Shown: positions 12,601 through 25,098 of the stretch, in pieces
Numbering within the stretch: position 1 is the first letter of the stretch
Layout: every line of letters begins with the position of its first letter
Assembly: GCF_006345805.1 (NCBI RefSeq)
Contig: NC_043015.1
Span: forward strand, 43,772,001-43,836,000
Direction: 5' to 3'
Length of the DNA: 64,000 nucleotides
Source of the DNA: Octopus sinensis
Taxonomy: Eukaryota
The notes under the pieces: model-generated
Told to the model about the DNA's origin: nothing
Databases searched by the model: none
What the model saw: only the letters and a program-made list of their open reading frames with translations
Made by a program: the position numbers and the translations under genes

Positions 12601-12895
12601 TATCCTTCTCTTTTCTTACTTCAGTCATTTGACTGTGGCATGCTGGAGCACCACTTTTAGTTGAGCAAATCGACCCCGGATCTTATTCTTTGTGAGCTTA
12701 GTACTTATTCTATTGGTCTCTTTTGCCCAACCGCTAAGTTACGGTGACGTAAACACACTAGCATCGGCTGTCAAGCGATGTTGGGGTGACAAACACAGAA
12801 CACACAACATTTTGATCGGCCCGAGGCTATCGGCTCAAGGTGTCACGCAGTGGGACTGATCCCGGAACGGTGTGGTTGGTAAGCAAGCTAATTAC
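12601..12895 (-). mobile_element. SINE family A with an internal deletion
   Basis: Reverse complement of A tail and head; the central CORE-like/(TA)n part is missing. Confidence 0.7.
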
Positions 12896-13300
12896 TAAAC
12901 TTTTGAAAAATTTTACACTGTGTATGTACGAATGTGTAAGAAATATATGGAATGGTCAGAGTTGGAACGTCTTTGACTATCGATCTGCCATGCAGCTAAA
13001 AGTACAATATTTGAACGATGTAACCAAATTCTCGGGCACTTAGCATTCTTATAATAACATTTCTTTGACAAGTTGGGGCTAAAAGCCACTTCAACTGTGT
13101 CTCGATTCCCAAGTCACCTCTAGACTAGATATATATCTTTTTCTAGTCTAAACTCTTCGATGCTTTTTCAATTTTAGTAACAAGATATTTCAAGAATAAA
13201 TAATGAAATTTTATGTACACCGAGGATTATTGGTAAAGACCGTTGTGCTGCTTTTAAGACTCAGAGCTGGTTTTATTATATTTAAAAGCAATATATAAAA

Positions 13301-13704
13301 TACTAGCAGTATCGCCCGGCGTTGCTCGGGTTTGTAAGGGAAATAACTATATAAGCATTTTTAGAGAGTTATAGCCAAAAAATAGCAAAAAATGCATTAA
13401 AAATGGAAAAAAAAATGATGGTAAATTTTTTAAAAATCGTTGACTCATCGTAGACATTTTTAGAGAGTTACTTCCCTTATATAATAGCGAAAAAATGCAT
13501 TAAAATGGAAAAAAATGAAATGATGGTAATTTCTTTTTAAATCGTAGACTCATGGTAGACGCGCGCTAATACCCAGAAGGGCTCGATATGAATCACGACT
13601 ATAAGATACCCGGTTTTGGTTAAACTGCACCGCAAAATGTGGGAGTAGTTAGGAATCTAAATCGTCGGAGACAGACACACAACTTGACTTCTATATATAA
13701 AGAT
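13301..13704 (+). mobile_element. Non-autonomous Helitron/Helentron-type (HINE/Lep1-like) element
   Basis: 5' tactagc...cccggcgttgctcggg hairpin, internal ~100-bp direct duplication, 3' gacagacacac...ctatatataaagat end. Confidence 0.6.
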
Positions 13705-14573
13705 ATAACGAGGCTTCAGACAGCACTCGGCGGTCTCTCTGTTCTCATACACAGTTCAATTACTTATTGAACTTACTTTATTAAAACAATTGTATAACTT
13801 AACTTCGGTTCCATTTCAATCTTCCTTTGCCATATCAACTGGTAAATTTAGTTTATAAGTTATCAAAGTGTTGCACAATGCAACACTTTGTTTGGCCTTA
13901 CCATAGGCATGAGCGCTTTACAATATTAAAGATTTCAGAAGAGTTAATGAAGGGTAATAATTAGAACAGACGTTCACGTGGGACGGCCATATTGCCAGTA
14001 TTATTTCACATTCCAATAAACAATAGGCGTTTTAAAGAATAGAATTGTGACGAAGACAAGTTAACAATTATTGATTCCGTCCATCACGACTACGTATAGA
14101 AGATATATGGCTATTTATAAGTTTATAGAACATATTTATAGTTTAGCAACACAAGAACAACGACAATGGTGAAAACAAAAGCAAAAACAATAAAATTTTA
14201 ATTGATTGTTTCAAACTAAAACGAGTTGATTAAATCGATTTGTCATCGCCTACAAGACACGTGACCTTATTCTAATTCTAATTCGTAGAAATTAATATTT
14301 TGTTTTATAAAATAATGAAGTTTTTATGGAAACTTTATTGGAAAACAATACTGATAATTCCAACTTACGTTTGGCACTGTAATTATTGACAATGGAATTG
14401 GTTCACACAATTTTGTTTCGCAACCAAAGAACTTGGCGATCAGTCCCATTGCGGCACTCCTGAAGAAAATGGTTTCTTGTCGACTGAAATTTGATTGTCC
14501 GATTCTGTGTAGAAACCCGCATCATATATACATGCATACTTACATACGTACATGCCTACAGACATGCCTCCTA

Positions 14574-14745
14574 GTGGAGGCGGGTGGCTTGGTGGTTAGG
14601 GTGTTGAACTCATGATTGTATGGTTGTGGTTTCGATTCCTGGACTGGGCGAAATGAGTAAATCTGCGACGGGTCGGCGTCCAGTCCGGGTGGCGAAAATA
14701 TATACGCCATTGAAACCGGGAAACCGGCTCTTATGAGCCTGGCGT
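14574..14745 (+). mobile_element. SINE family C, internally deleted
   Basis: gtggaggcgggtggcttggtggttaggg...gtttcgattcctggac; tail acgccattgaaaccgggaaaccgg. Confidence 0.7.
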
Positions 14746-14987
14746 GGTTCGAGATGGATGGAACATGCCTACAGATATACTTGCACACACATTTGTGCAT
14801 ACATACATACGTACATAACTGTGGAAGGCAACTCGTGACCGAGATAGACCACTTCGTAAACTCAACAGGTCTGTGCAAACATTCCGAAAGTCCACGAATT
14901 TCCTGCGCGTGAATTTGTTTGAAGTGGATAAAATGTTTCGCACCTCTGAATCACCTTTCAGTGCACTTAACTATAAATTCAGCGGAA

Positions 14988-15918
14988 TTTAGTAGAATAA
15001 ATCGACCCCAGCTCCTTAGTTTATACCTGCTACATATTCTATTGTTTTCTTACAGTGAGCTTCTAAGTTATATGAACGTAAATAAACTAACACCGGTTGT
15101 CAACCGTTTTGGCAACAAATACAAAGACATATCCATGCATACATATATAAATAAATACGCACGTATATAACGGGCTTCTACATAGTTTTCATCTAGCAAA
15201 TACACAACCAGAAACCTAGGTGTTTTGTTTATACGAGTTTACCTTCTCTTAGAAGGAAGTACCAATGAGAACTAGGGGGTCTTGACAACACGAATTACTC
15301 CTTGGCTAGGACCCTTACAGGCGTTACTATTCGGTCAGATCTGGCCTGGCTTACAACAGTGGTTAAGAGGAGGTTGTATACACCTGAATACCCTGGAAAT
15401 CTCGAACACGAGCTCCGTTACCGGCTGTATTTTAAAATCACATACAGGACATAAATGCGTGCATACATACATACAAACGAACATACATACATAAGTAGAT
15501 CATACATACATCATACATACATACATTATCATTTATGTATATATGAGTATGTCTAAACATGCAACTGCATGCATGAAAGTGCATACGTAAAACAAAACAT
15601 ACAAATCTGCACATACACATTCATACATAGAAAAATAACCGGTTGATGATATTGAAATTCCAATGGACGAAACTTGGATCTTGGTTAGAAAACTGTGTTA
15701 GTGTATTTGCTAGATGAAAACTGTGTAGAAGCCCGTTATATACGTGCGTATTTATTTATATATGTATGCATGGATATGTCTTTGTATTTGTTACCAAAAC
15801 GGTTGACAACCGGTGTTAGTTTATTTACGTTCATATAACTTAGAAGCTCACCGTAAGAAAACAATAGAATATGTAGCAGGTATAAACTAAGGAGCTGGGA
15901 TCGATTTATTCGACTAAA
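14988..15918. repeat. Local inverted duplication, ~218-bp arms (14988-15205 / 15701-15918)
   Basis: Arms differ by about 5 substitutions by my count; ORFs 14919+ and 15736- end in almost identical peptides. Confidence 0.9.
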
Positions 15919-16319
15919 ACCTTCAAGGTGCTGACCCAAAATGGGCGAAAAGTATGCCTGAAACCAGTAAAAGAATAAAAGAATGCCTGAAACCAGTAAC
16001 AGACTCGTTTCAGTCACTGCATTTGAAGTATAAAGATAGTAGACTATGTTTGATCAGCAGGCTCTTTTTCTCTTCCTTAACTTCTAGCTCCAGTAATATG
16101 TGGCCGATACACCTAGGGGTTTATCAAAGATCCAGAATAATGAGAACTGTGTGATTAAATTGTGTGGAAACGATGCTGTGACGAAACATATTCCCACCTG
16201 CTGGAGCTTCGGTACAGGTGCGTGGATTTCCTCCAAACAGTTTAGGAACAATTTAGTCACGGCTCTTAGAGATTTCAGAGAACTGAGACTGAGTTCACTA
16301 ATGTATATATATATATATA

Positions 16320-16522
16320 ATGCCATGATAGATCATTAGCCACTACACACATTTGTTTTTTCTCCTTGTTTCTCTCCTTGTTTTTTTCTGTATCCCTTTC
16401 TGTAGAAGAGCGTAGGCTCGAAACGTAAAAGACATTTTCTATTCCTGAGCGTTATACTAATACATCGTTTGTTTTGTACACCACCTGTCTTTGTCTTTTG
16501 TTTTTTTCGTAAACTCTCCTCC
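16320..16522 (+). mobile_element. Penelope-like pLTR remnant next to (TA)n
   Basis: Contains the hammerhead-like fold at 16396-16431; same core architecture as 39232-39266. Confidence 0.5.
16396..16431 (+). ncRNA. Variant minimal type I hammerhead (core CUGUAGA)
   Basis: cttt-CTGTAGA-a-gagc gtag gctc-GAAAC-GTA-aaag; stem I cttt/aaag; A6 is non-canonical. Confidence 0.45.
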
Positions 16523-16544
16523 TAGTATGTATAATATAGAGAGA

Positions 16545-16700
16545 TAGATAGATAGAGATTCAGAGATAGATAGATAGATAGATAGATATAGATATAGAGA
16601 TAGATAGATGACAGATAGATGGAAAATAGATAGATAGATAGATGAATAGATAGATAGACAGATAGATGGAAAATAGATAGATAGATGGAGAAATAGTTAG
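16545..16700. repeat. (GATA)n microsatellite
   Basis: Direct reading. Confidence 0.9.
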
Positions 16701-17130
16701 ACAGATAAACTTGTATATAGGTATGTACATACACACCCACCCAAAAACACACATGTACACACATACAGGCACAAACTCACGCCCATGCTTTACAGATATC
16801 GTATATATTATGCGTAAATACTTGTTTAAGTTTGCAGCATCCGATTCATGTCATCAGCCTATAATGGTCATAGGAAACGTAAATTCCATTTTTACGAGGG
16901 AAATACATTGCGAAAATCAAAGAGAATTCAACATATTTAACTTGTTCACAAGTATTTTCTGTAGTAGTGTTAAACAGTTTTATTCTGCCTTCTTGTCTAT
17001 CAATATATCTATATATTTTGCACATCTCTAATTTTCAATAATATGTATACATATACATACATATATACTATATTCATACATTCATACATACATACATATA
17101 TATTATATTATATATATAGATATATATATA

Positions 17131-17178
<48 letters not shown>

Positions 17179-17407
17179 GTATGTACATCACACAAATGAG
17201 TGCCCGTGTGATTGTGCGTATAAAATACACATATCAGTATTTACGCATATGGAGGATATATGTTTTAAAAAAATATGTGTATATATAGATATGTATGCAT
17301 ATATGAATATATGTATGTAAGTATTTATGTATGCATATGTGTATGCATCTATCTATGCATGCATGTGTGTGTGTATGTATGTATGTATCTATCTATCTAT
17401 CTATGTA

Positions 17408-17445
<38 letters not shown>

Positions 17446-17774
17446 AATTTTATATATAACGATAAGATCGATATTTAAATACCGATCTAATCAGGTAGCC
17501 AGCATGGGAATAAAACCCTTCAAAGGTATTAATTATTTAAAATTATAATTTAGAGTATCTAAGAGATACCCCACCGCTGGAAATAGCAGTAAAAACTTGA
17601 CTCTAAAACCACATTAAATGTTCATACAGAACCAGGAGAGAAGACAAAGAAACAAAATAAACTAGTAAAAAACTTACAGGATAATTTCAAATTCCGGATT
17701 TCTGGCTCTGCATAACAAATGCTCTGCCTTCATCAGTGGGATATATTCAGGTAGCACATAAATACAAATGTATA

Positions 17775-17992
17775 TATATCACCCTCCGAGGCAGTAGTCC
17801 AGGGATGGTTAGTCCGATGTTGTCTAAGGGAAATGGAGCGGCCGATACAACTTGTTACCAGTGATGTCGCAACTAGTTCCTGCAGTTGAATGAACTGGAG
17901 CAACGTGAAGTAAAGCGTCTTGCTCAATTTAAACACACCTCCATCACGTCACTTTGCACGGCCGACTCTCTAACCACGAGCCATGCACCTTT
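17775..17992 (-). mobile_element. SINE, C-like head with F-type tail, decayed
   Basis: gaactggagcaacgtgaagtaaagcgtcttgctcaa is the reverse complement of the motif at 40585-40620. Confidence 0.55.
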
Positions 17993-18166
17993 AGACACAC
18001 GCACAAACATCACACACCACACACAACCACACACACACACACACACCACACCACGCACACATACACACACATATATACAAGCATATATTATATATATATA
18101 TATGTATATATATATATACACACACGTATGTAGGTCTCTATGTGTGTCGGTGTCTGTGTGTGTATG

Positions 18167-18197
<31 letters not shown>

Positions 18198-18436
18198 TAT
18201 ATATATTAGTATATTTATATTTTAAGTAGGTGAATGACTTATCCTAGCATGGAAATTCGTTTAACCGATACCTTGCAATTCAGACGCCAGAAACACGGTT
18301 GAAGTAAAATCTTTCGTTCGCTCCATTCTTCATTATCATATATTAATATATTATATATATACATTACTAAGAGTCTCTCTAAAGAGATTACTGCAGCGTT
18401 ACTGGAAATTAATATATATATATATATATATATAAG

Positions 18437-18477
<41 letters not shown>

Positions 18478-18821
18478 TCATATATATATATATTTATATA
18501 TATATATCCTTCAAATATATACACATATGCATGCGACATATTGTATATATGAATGTATACGTTTAGTGTATATGATTCTGTCGCTAATAATAACTCAGAA
18601 AGCGGGGAATCAATTCTGTGATGTTAAAAAAAAGAGTGTTCAATCCTATAAAATCAGTGAAATTTGAAATACCTTGACTCATTCCTAACTCGCTATTTCT
18701 CTTTCAAAACGTTTTTGGCTCCGCGACGGTGAGGTTCCTGAACACATAAAAATATCATGGCTTAATAAAAAATTGCATTTTCATATTAAAATGTCTTATG
18801 AAATATATTACATAATTCCTG

Positions 18822-19040
<219 letters not shown>

Positions 19041-19410
19041 ATTTATATTATATATATATATATATATATATACATAAGTATCAATATATTTATATGTATA
19101 TGCATATACAGTATATATACGTATATATATGCACATATTTATATATATATATGAAAAGCAAGATAGCTGGTTGTAAAATCTCAATAAGAGGTGAGAATCG
19201 TACTATACTAACAGTAAAATTAATAGCACATTAATGTGCTGTTTCGACTAGTTCAACCCAAGCAGATCTCTGCCACCTGGTTTTGCGTTGCAGCACTGAA
19301 CATGTATATTACCGGCAAGTGAGCGAACACTTCCCATCTTCAGTAGACGACAGAATTGCAGCACCGATTCCTTTCCTACTATAATATATATATATTATAT
19401 ATATATATAC

Positions 19411-19441
<31 letters not shown>

Positions 19442-19461
19442 ATATATATATATATATAGAT

Positions 19462-19536
<75 letters not shown>

Positions 19537-19824
19537 ATATATATATATATTATATCTATATATTATATAATTTATATATATATATATATATAATATGTTA
19601 TATATTATATATATATATATATATATAGATAGATAGATATATTCATATATATATATAATATAATTATATATATATATATAGATATAATATATATACATTA
19701 TATGCATGTATATGACTTTTTTAATTTGAAAAACGATAAAATCTTTATAAATATGTATCAAGTACAGCGTGAAAAACCTCATAAGGGAAAAAGTATAATT
19801 ATTCCATTTAAATATATTTATATT

Positions 19825-19998
19825 ATGAGGGACTCTTAAAGTCAGAACTACCATAATAAATACAGTATAGCGAACGCGAGGGAAGAGAGCTCCTTAAAAA
19901 CAAATTCAGGCGCATATCAAGAACATAAAAATGAACAAAAATCATCATTCCCTCGCATTCGGTACACTGTATTTATTATGGTACTTTGAGTCCCTCAT
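19825..19998. repeat. Inverted repeat, ~50-60-bp arms (19825-19884 / 19948-19998)
   Basis: atgagggactc...taccataataaatacagt...cgaacgcgagggaa versus ttccctcgcattcg...actgtatttattatggta...gagtccctcat. Confidence 0.8.
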
Positions 19999-20065
19999 AG
20001 CGTGAGGCATTTTATGCGTATTAATGCCCAATAATATAAATAAACATGCGTATATATATATTAAG

Positions 20066-20124
<59 letters not shown>

Positions 20125-20206
20125 GGTCCCCGGTTGATTCGGGGTAACCACAGTAAATAAGGTACTCAATACATAGCAGAGTAAAATTAATTTATTATAT
20201 AGAAGG

Positions 20207-20257
20207 AGCTTCTACAGGACTAGAACTGTTTCATTCAAGAGAAATCATCAGGAAGCT
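20207..20257 (-). ncRNA. Type I hammerhead ribozyme
   Basis: agcttc-CTGATGA-t ttc tctt gaa t-GAA-ACAG ttctagtc CTGT-A-gaagct; 6-bp stem I, 4-bp stem III, CTAG palindrome in loop III, GUA site. Confidence 0.8.
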
Positions 20258-20680
20258 AGTTAACAAGAATGTATTGGCATTTATACATTTAGGCAGGTTT
20301 AAAGGGGTGGTGGTGGGGACTTTTTTGGGGTAGGCATAGCGCAAAAAAATCATACTTGGGGGAGTGGTCAAGGAGTCAGTGGTAAATTAGATAAAGAATA
20401 AATAAAGAATAAAAAAATATATAGAAGATAAGTTATTTAGGTAAATAAGGATAGAGTTAGGTAATATATTACTATGTGTATATGTATAAGTGAGAATCTC
20501 CGTATTACCTAAAACTCTATTCTTCTATATATTTTTTTTATTCTTTTATCTAATTTACCACTGACTTCTTGACCACTCCCCCAAGTATGATTTTGCGCTA
20601 TGCCTACCCCCAAAAAGTCCCCCACCACCACCCCTTTAACCTGCCTAAATGTATAAATGCCAATACAATTCTTGTTAACT

Positions 20681-20730
20681 AGCTTCCTGATGATTTCTCT
20701 TGAATGAAACGTTCTAGTCCTGTAGAAGCT
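20681..20730 (+). ncRNA. Type I hammerhead ribozyme (second arm, 1-nt deletion in stem III)
   Basis: agcttcCTGATGAtttctcttgaatGAAACgttctagtcctGTAgaagct. Confidence 0.7.
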
Positions 20731-20785
20731 CCTTCTATATAATAAATATATATATTATATATATATAATATATATATATATATAA

Positions 20786-20867
<82 letters not shown>

Positions 20868-21078
20868 ATATTCACACCCAATGCGTTGGCATTTTGTTTC
20901 ATTGGTACGGTAGATGGTATTCTCCATGCTGACATTCGAAATTGTCGAAACTGCTCCTGCATTTTGATGAAGTCTATCGACAAACTCGAATAACAGTATG
21001 GAGAATTATCATGTAGCGTACTCAATGAAAGAAATAAGTGCCAACGCACGAAACTCTCGGGTCTTGAGTCACTCATAA

Positions 21079-21285
21079 CTTGATCTCTTCCTGTCAGGTG
21101 TCCCAGATGAACCAACTTCACGGCAGGAGGTGTAGATGAGGGCAGCTGCATCAAACTCTCTCATGCACCAAATGTCATCGCTAAAAAGCATTCGTGAAGT
21201 AAAACATGTAGCACACCGAATGGCGTGTCCCAGCATGGCCACAGCTCGTGAAATGAATCTAGATAAATAAAAATAAAATAAAATA
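21079..21285 (+). mobile_element. CR1-clade LINE 3' end
   Basis: LDLFLSGVPDEPTSRQEV*MRAAASNSLMHQMS resembles the CR1 ORF2 C-terminus (LDxFL..VPDxP...SNSL), followed by a short 3' UTR and an (AAAAT)n tail. Confidence 0.7.
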
Positions 21286-21295
21286 ATTAAATATA

Positions 21296-21337
<42 letters not shown>

Positions 21338-21415
21338 AATATATATATAGATGTGCATTTCTCTATATCTGTCATTGATATTGAAACTAGATATGTTATA
21401 AGGTTCTACAAGATT

Positions 21416-21830
21416 AGGAGTGGCTGTGTGGTAAGTAGCCTTGCTTACCAACCCATGGTTCCGGGTTCAGTCCCACTGCGTGGCACCTTGGGGAAGTGTC
21501 TTCTGCTATAGCCTCGGGCCGACCAAAGCCTTGTGAGTGGATTTAGTAGACGGAAACTGGACGGAGCCCGTCGTTTATATATATATATATATATATATAT
21601 ACTACATACGTGTGTGTTTGTGTGTCTGTGTTTGTCCCCCTAGCATTGCTTGACAACCGATGCTGGTGTGTTTATGTCCCCGTTACTTAGCGGTTCGGCA
21701 AAAGAGAACGATAGAATAACTACTAGGCTTACAAAAGAATAAGTCCCGGGGTCGACTTGCTCGATTAAAGGCGGTGCTCCAGCATGGCCGCAGTCAAATG
21801 ACTGATACAAGTAAAAGAGAGTAAAGAGTA
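21416..21830 (+). mobile_element. SINE family A, full length
   Basis: Head ggagtggctgtgtggtaagtag to tail gtaaaagagagtaaagagta. Confidence 0.85.
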
Positions 21831-22576
21831 TTCCATGTTGATAATTATTTCTGTGAGCGGCGTCGGGGAGCTAGGCCGCGATTAGGCACGCATTTTCTCC
21901 TGATGATTCCATAAACTCGCTTGTATGTATGTATGTATGTATGTATGTATGTATGTATGTATGTATGTATGTATGTATGTATGTATGGATGTATGTTGAT
22001 TGTATGTGTATGATTAGTTGTGTTTACTGAGCAGACGATGTTTTAAGCAATATGTTACATATTTACTTTCAAAGCAACAAAATAACTTTAAAATTTACAG
22101 AAAATTTAATGTTTGTCTTCAAAATGACTGCAAACTAACCCCATAAAATAGTGAACGCATGAAGGAAGACTCACACGTTGAATGTGGAAGATAGATCGAT
22201 ATAATTTTCAGTTACGGGATCAATTTAAAATATTCTTTGTAGGATAATAGTTCATATTTCTTCGTCCTAATCTGCTACTTGCATTCATCGACCACAGAAA
22301 TAGAAACCATGCTCCTTGTCCTTTTACAAATATTTACAAATATATATGTATTTCTTTTTAAGAATAATATGTCTTTAACGACGAGACATATTGATAAATA
22401 TGCATTTTAAAATGCATTTATCAAAATGTAATGTTTTTTCTATTTCCAAAAGACATTATCTCTCTCGGTTGAGATACGATGCGTTTTCATACATCAGGTT
22501 GTTGAAATACGCAAAGCATGAATGCACGACATACTACAACTTATTCACGCCATGCATTCATTTATATGGCTGTCTG

Positions 22577-22634
22577 TCCTATCGCGCTGATAGGTGTCTG
22601 TTCTTTAAACACACATGAATACATGTATATATAT

Positions 22635-22681
<47 letters not shown>

Positions 22682-22823
22682 CACCACACATATATATATA
22701 TATATATCTCCAATCGCAGTGATAGGTGTCTGTTCTTTAAACACACATGAATACATGTATATATATACGCACACACATATATATATATATATACACACAC
22801 ATGTATATATATATATATATATG

Positions 22824-22854
<31 letters not shown>

Positions 22855-23250
22855 CTCCAATCGCAGTGATAGGTGGTCTGTTCTTTAAACACACATGAAT
22901 ACGTATATATATACACACACACATATATATATATATATACACACACACCATATATATATATAATGCACACACACATATATATATATATATATATCTCCAA
23001 TCGCAGTGATAGGTGTCTGTTCTTTAAACACACATGAATACATGTATATATATACACACACACACATATATATATATATACACCACATATATATATATAT
23101 ATATATGCACACACACATATATATATATATATATAATCTCCAATCGCAGTGATAGGTGTCTGTTCTTTAAACATTATGAATACATGCACACACACACACA
23201 ACACACACACACACACACACACACCACCACACACATATATATATATATGC

Positions 23251-23294
<44 letters not shown>

Positions 23295-23342
23295 GCATGT
23301 ATTCATGTATGTACAGACACCTATCACACCGCGATTGGAGAG

Positions 23343-23382
<40 letters not shown>

Positions 23383-23438
23383 ATATATATATGTGTGTGT
23401 GTATATATATGCATGTATTCATATATGTTTAAAGAACA
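22577..23438. repeat. Minisatellite: five ~132-147-bp direct units plus inverted terminal units
   Basis: Constant tctccaatcgcagtgataggtgtctgttctttaaacacacatgaatacatg at ~22579, 22711, 22858, 22998 and 23141; reverse-complement copies at ~23295-23341 and 23411-23438. Confidence 0.9.
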
Positions 23439-24463
23439 TATATATATATATGTTTGTATGTATGCATGTATGTATGTATGTATTAGATATAGGCATAGTT
23501 ATATGTATAGTATAATCTATCTATATACATATTTTCGTATATATTTTGAATACATATCTATAAGTGTATATAAGTTATTATGCACGCACAAACGCGCCCA
23601 CACACATATGAATGAGATTGTAAAGATATATGTAGATATATCTATATACATGCATGAATGGATACTTATATTTGCATACCTCCAACAATATTTGCACGCT
23701 CTCAGAAAAACGAACAATACATGCACACACACACACACATGCATACACACACACAGATACACATGCAGATACTCACACAAATATACGCATGAATTTAAAG
23801 TATATTTTATATGCAGGAGCATCAATCACTTTATGCTTGCTTCTTTCAACAACAAAAAAAAAAAACTCGATGGAATGTTATGCTAATCACTTCACGATCA
23901 GTGTTGAAACAATATGCATACGGTGTACACAAATACAAATACAGATATAAGGTTCTGCTGCTTCGGTTTCCTACCTTAACGTAATAAGCAATAAGAATTC
24001 AATTGTGTTACATTTATCTGTTTGGCTTAGGGTATAAGAAAAATAAATAGCTACTTGTTGCAATTGCGATATTAACGTACAAATACATCGTATAATATAT
24101 GTATGATAGTTATAAATATCACGATTGCATTTGTTATATAGGTCACAGCAGCAACAAATATTCCAGTAGATAATATTGGGCTGGTGCATAATTATTGCGG
24201 CTTTTTTTCAACAAATTTTATTCAGCAAAAACAATAACGATATTGAACGAAAACATCTTTAAATGACGGTCTGACCATCCGCCAAGTAAATGGGGAGCAT
24301 AATTGAAGTAGATGGTAAATATGCTCCAGAATAATGATTTAAAGATGTCTTTGCTACATGTGTTTATTGTTTGCGTTGAATAAAATTTGTTGGAAAAAAG
24401 CCGCAATAATTATGCACCAACCCAATATATGTTGCTGAAGATTTACTGTACGTACTCCTGTAG

Positions 24464-24631
24464 ACTATTGTACGCATCTCGATGCTGAAGACTCGCAGTA
24501 CGTATTCCTTCAGAGTATCTATGCATCGCCAGCAAAATCTCAGTGTTGAAGATTCACTTTCTGTCTTCGAAAAATCTGTTCTTTCTTCTCCTCCTCCCTC
24601 AGAATCCACCCAAATGAAACATGAAGTGAAA
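24464..24631 (+). CDS. Candidate 168-nt internal exon, unknown product
   Basis: ctcctgtag acceptor, AAA|gtaaga donor, 56 open codons (TIVRISMLKT...TQMKHEVK); no recognisable homology. Confidence 0.2.
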
Positions 24632-24799
24632 GTAAGAATCTGTATTCTATACACAGCGTAAGACGCTCAAAATAAGTTTAAAACTTAGAAATCTTAGATG
24701 TGCAAAACTATAATAAAACTTTCTATTACAGGTGCAAGACCTGACATTTGGTGGAGAGTGTGTTTACTCGACTAAATCAATTTTTTATTTATTTATGCG

Positions 24800-25098
24800 C
24801 CTTTTTCAAGCCTAGCCAGGCTTATGGGCCCGGTTTTCCGGTTTCTATGGCATATGTGTTCCTCCTAGCTGGACGGGACGCCAGTCCATCGCAGCGTTAC
24901 TCAAGAAGCAGGAAGAAAGAGTGAGAGGAATTTGGGGCGAAAGAGTACAACAGGGGTCGCCATCACCCCCTGCCGGAGCCTTGTGGAGCTTTTAGGTGTT
25001 TTCGCTCAATAAACGCACACAACTCCCGGTCTGGGAATCGAAACCGCGATCATCCGACCGCGAGTCCGCTACCCTAACCATTCGGTCATTATGCCTCC
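24800..25098 (-). mobile_element. SINE, D-type head joined to C-type tail
   Basis: Head matches 28040-28235; tail cctagccagg...gccagtccatcgcagcgttactc matches 28725-28820. Confidence 0.75.

Larger units (their letters stand above)
20190..20747. mobile_element. Palindromic Penelope-like pLTR pair (~250-bp arms) between (TA)n tracts
   Basis: 20190-~20447 is the reverse complement of ~20503-20747; each arm carries a hammerhead. Confidence 0.85.

Noticed and set aside
17686-17740. Minus-strand CUGAUGA-ggc..gcc-a-GAAAU-ccgg motif
   Set aside because: Stem I pairs at only 2 of 4 positions and helix III is out of register; at best a very decayed copy, so not counted.
19205-19350. Minus-strand CUGAAGA...GAAAC with palindrome agcacattaatgtgct
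   Set aside because: Core halves are ~100 nt apart, G16.2 is missing and there is no stem I partner.
20875-21085. 5'-inverted CR1 segment (twin-priming signature)
   Set aside because: Minus-strand similarity to CR1 RT is vague and far weaker than the adjacent plus-strand piece; unresolved.
22577-23200. CRISPR-like repeat-spacer pattern
   Set aside because: Spacers are microsatellites, not unique sequence; eukaryotic context; no cas genes.
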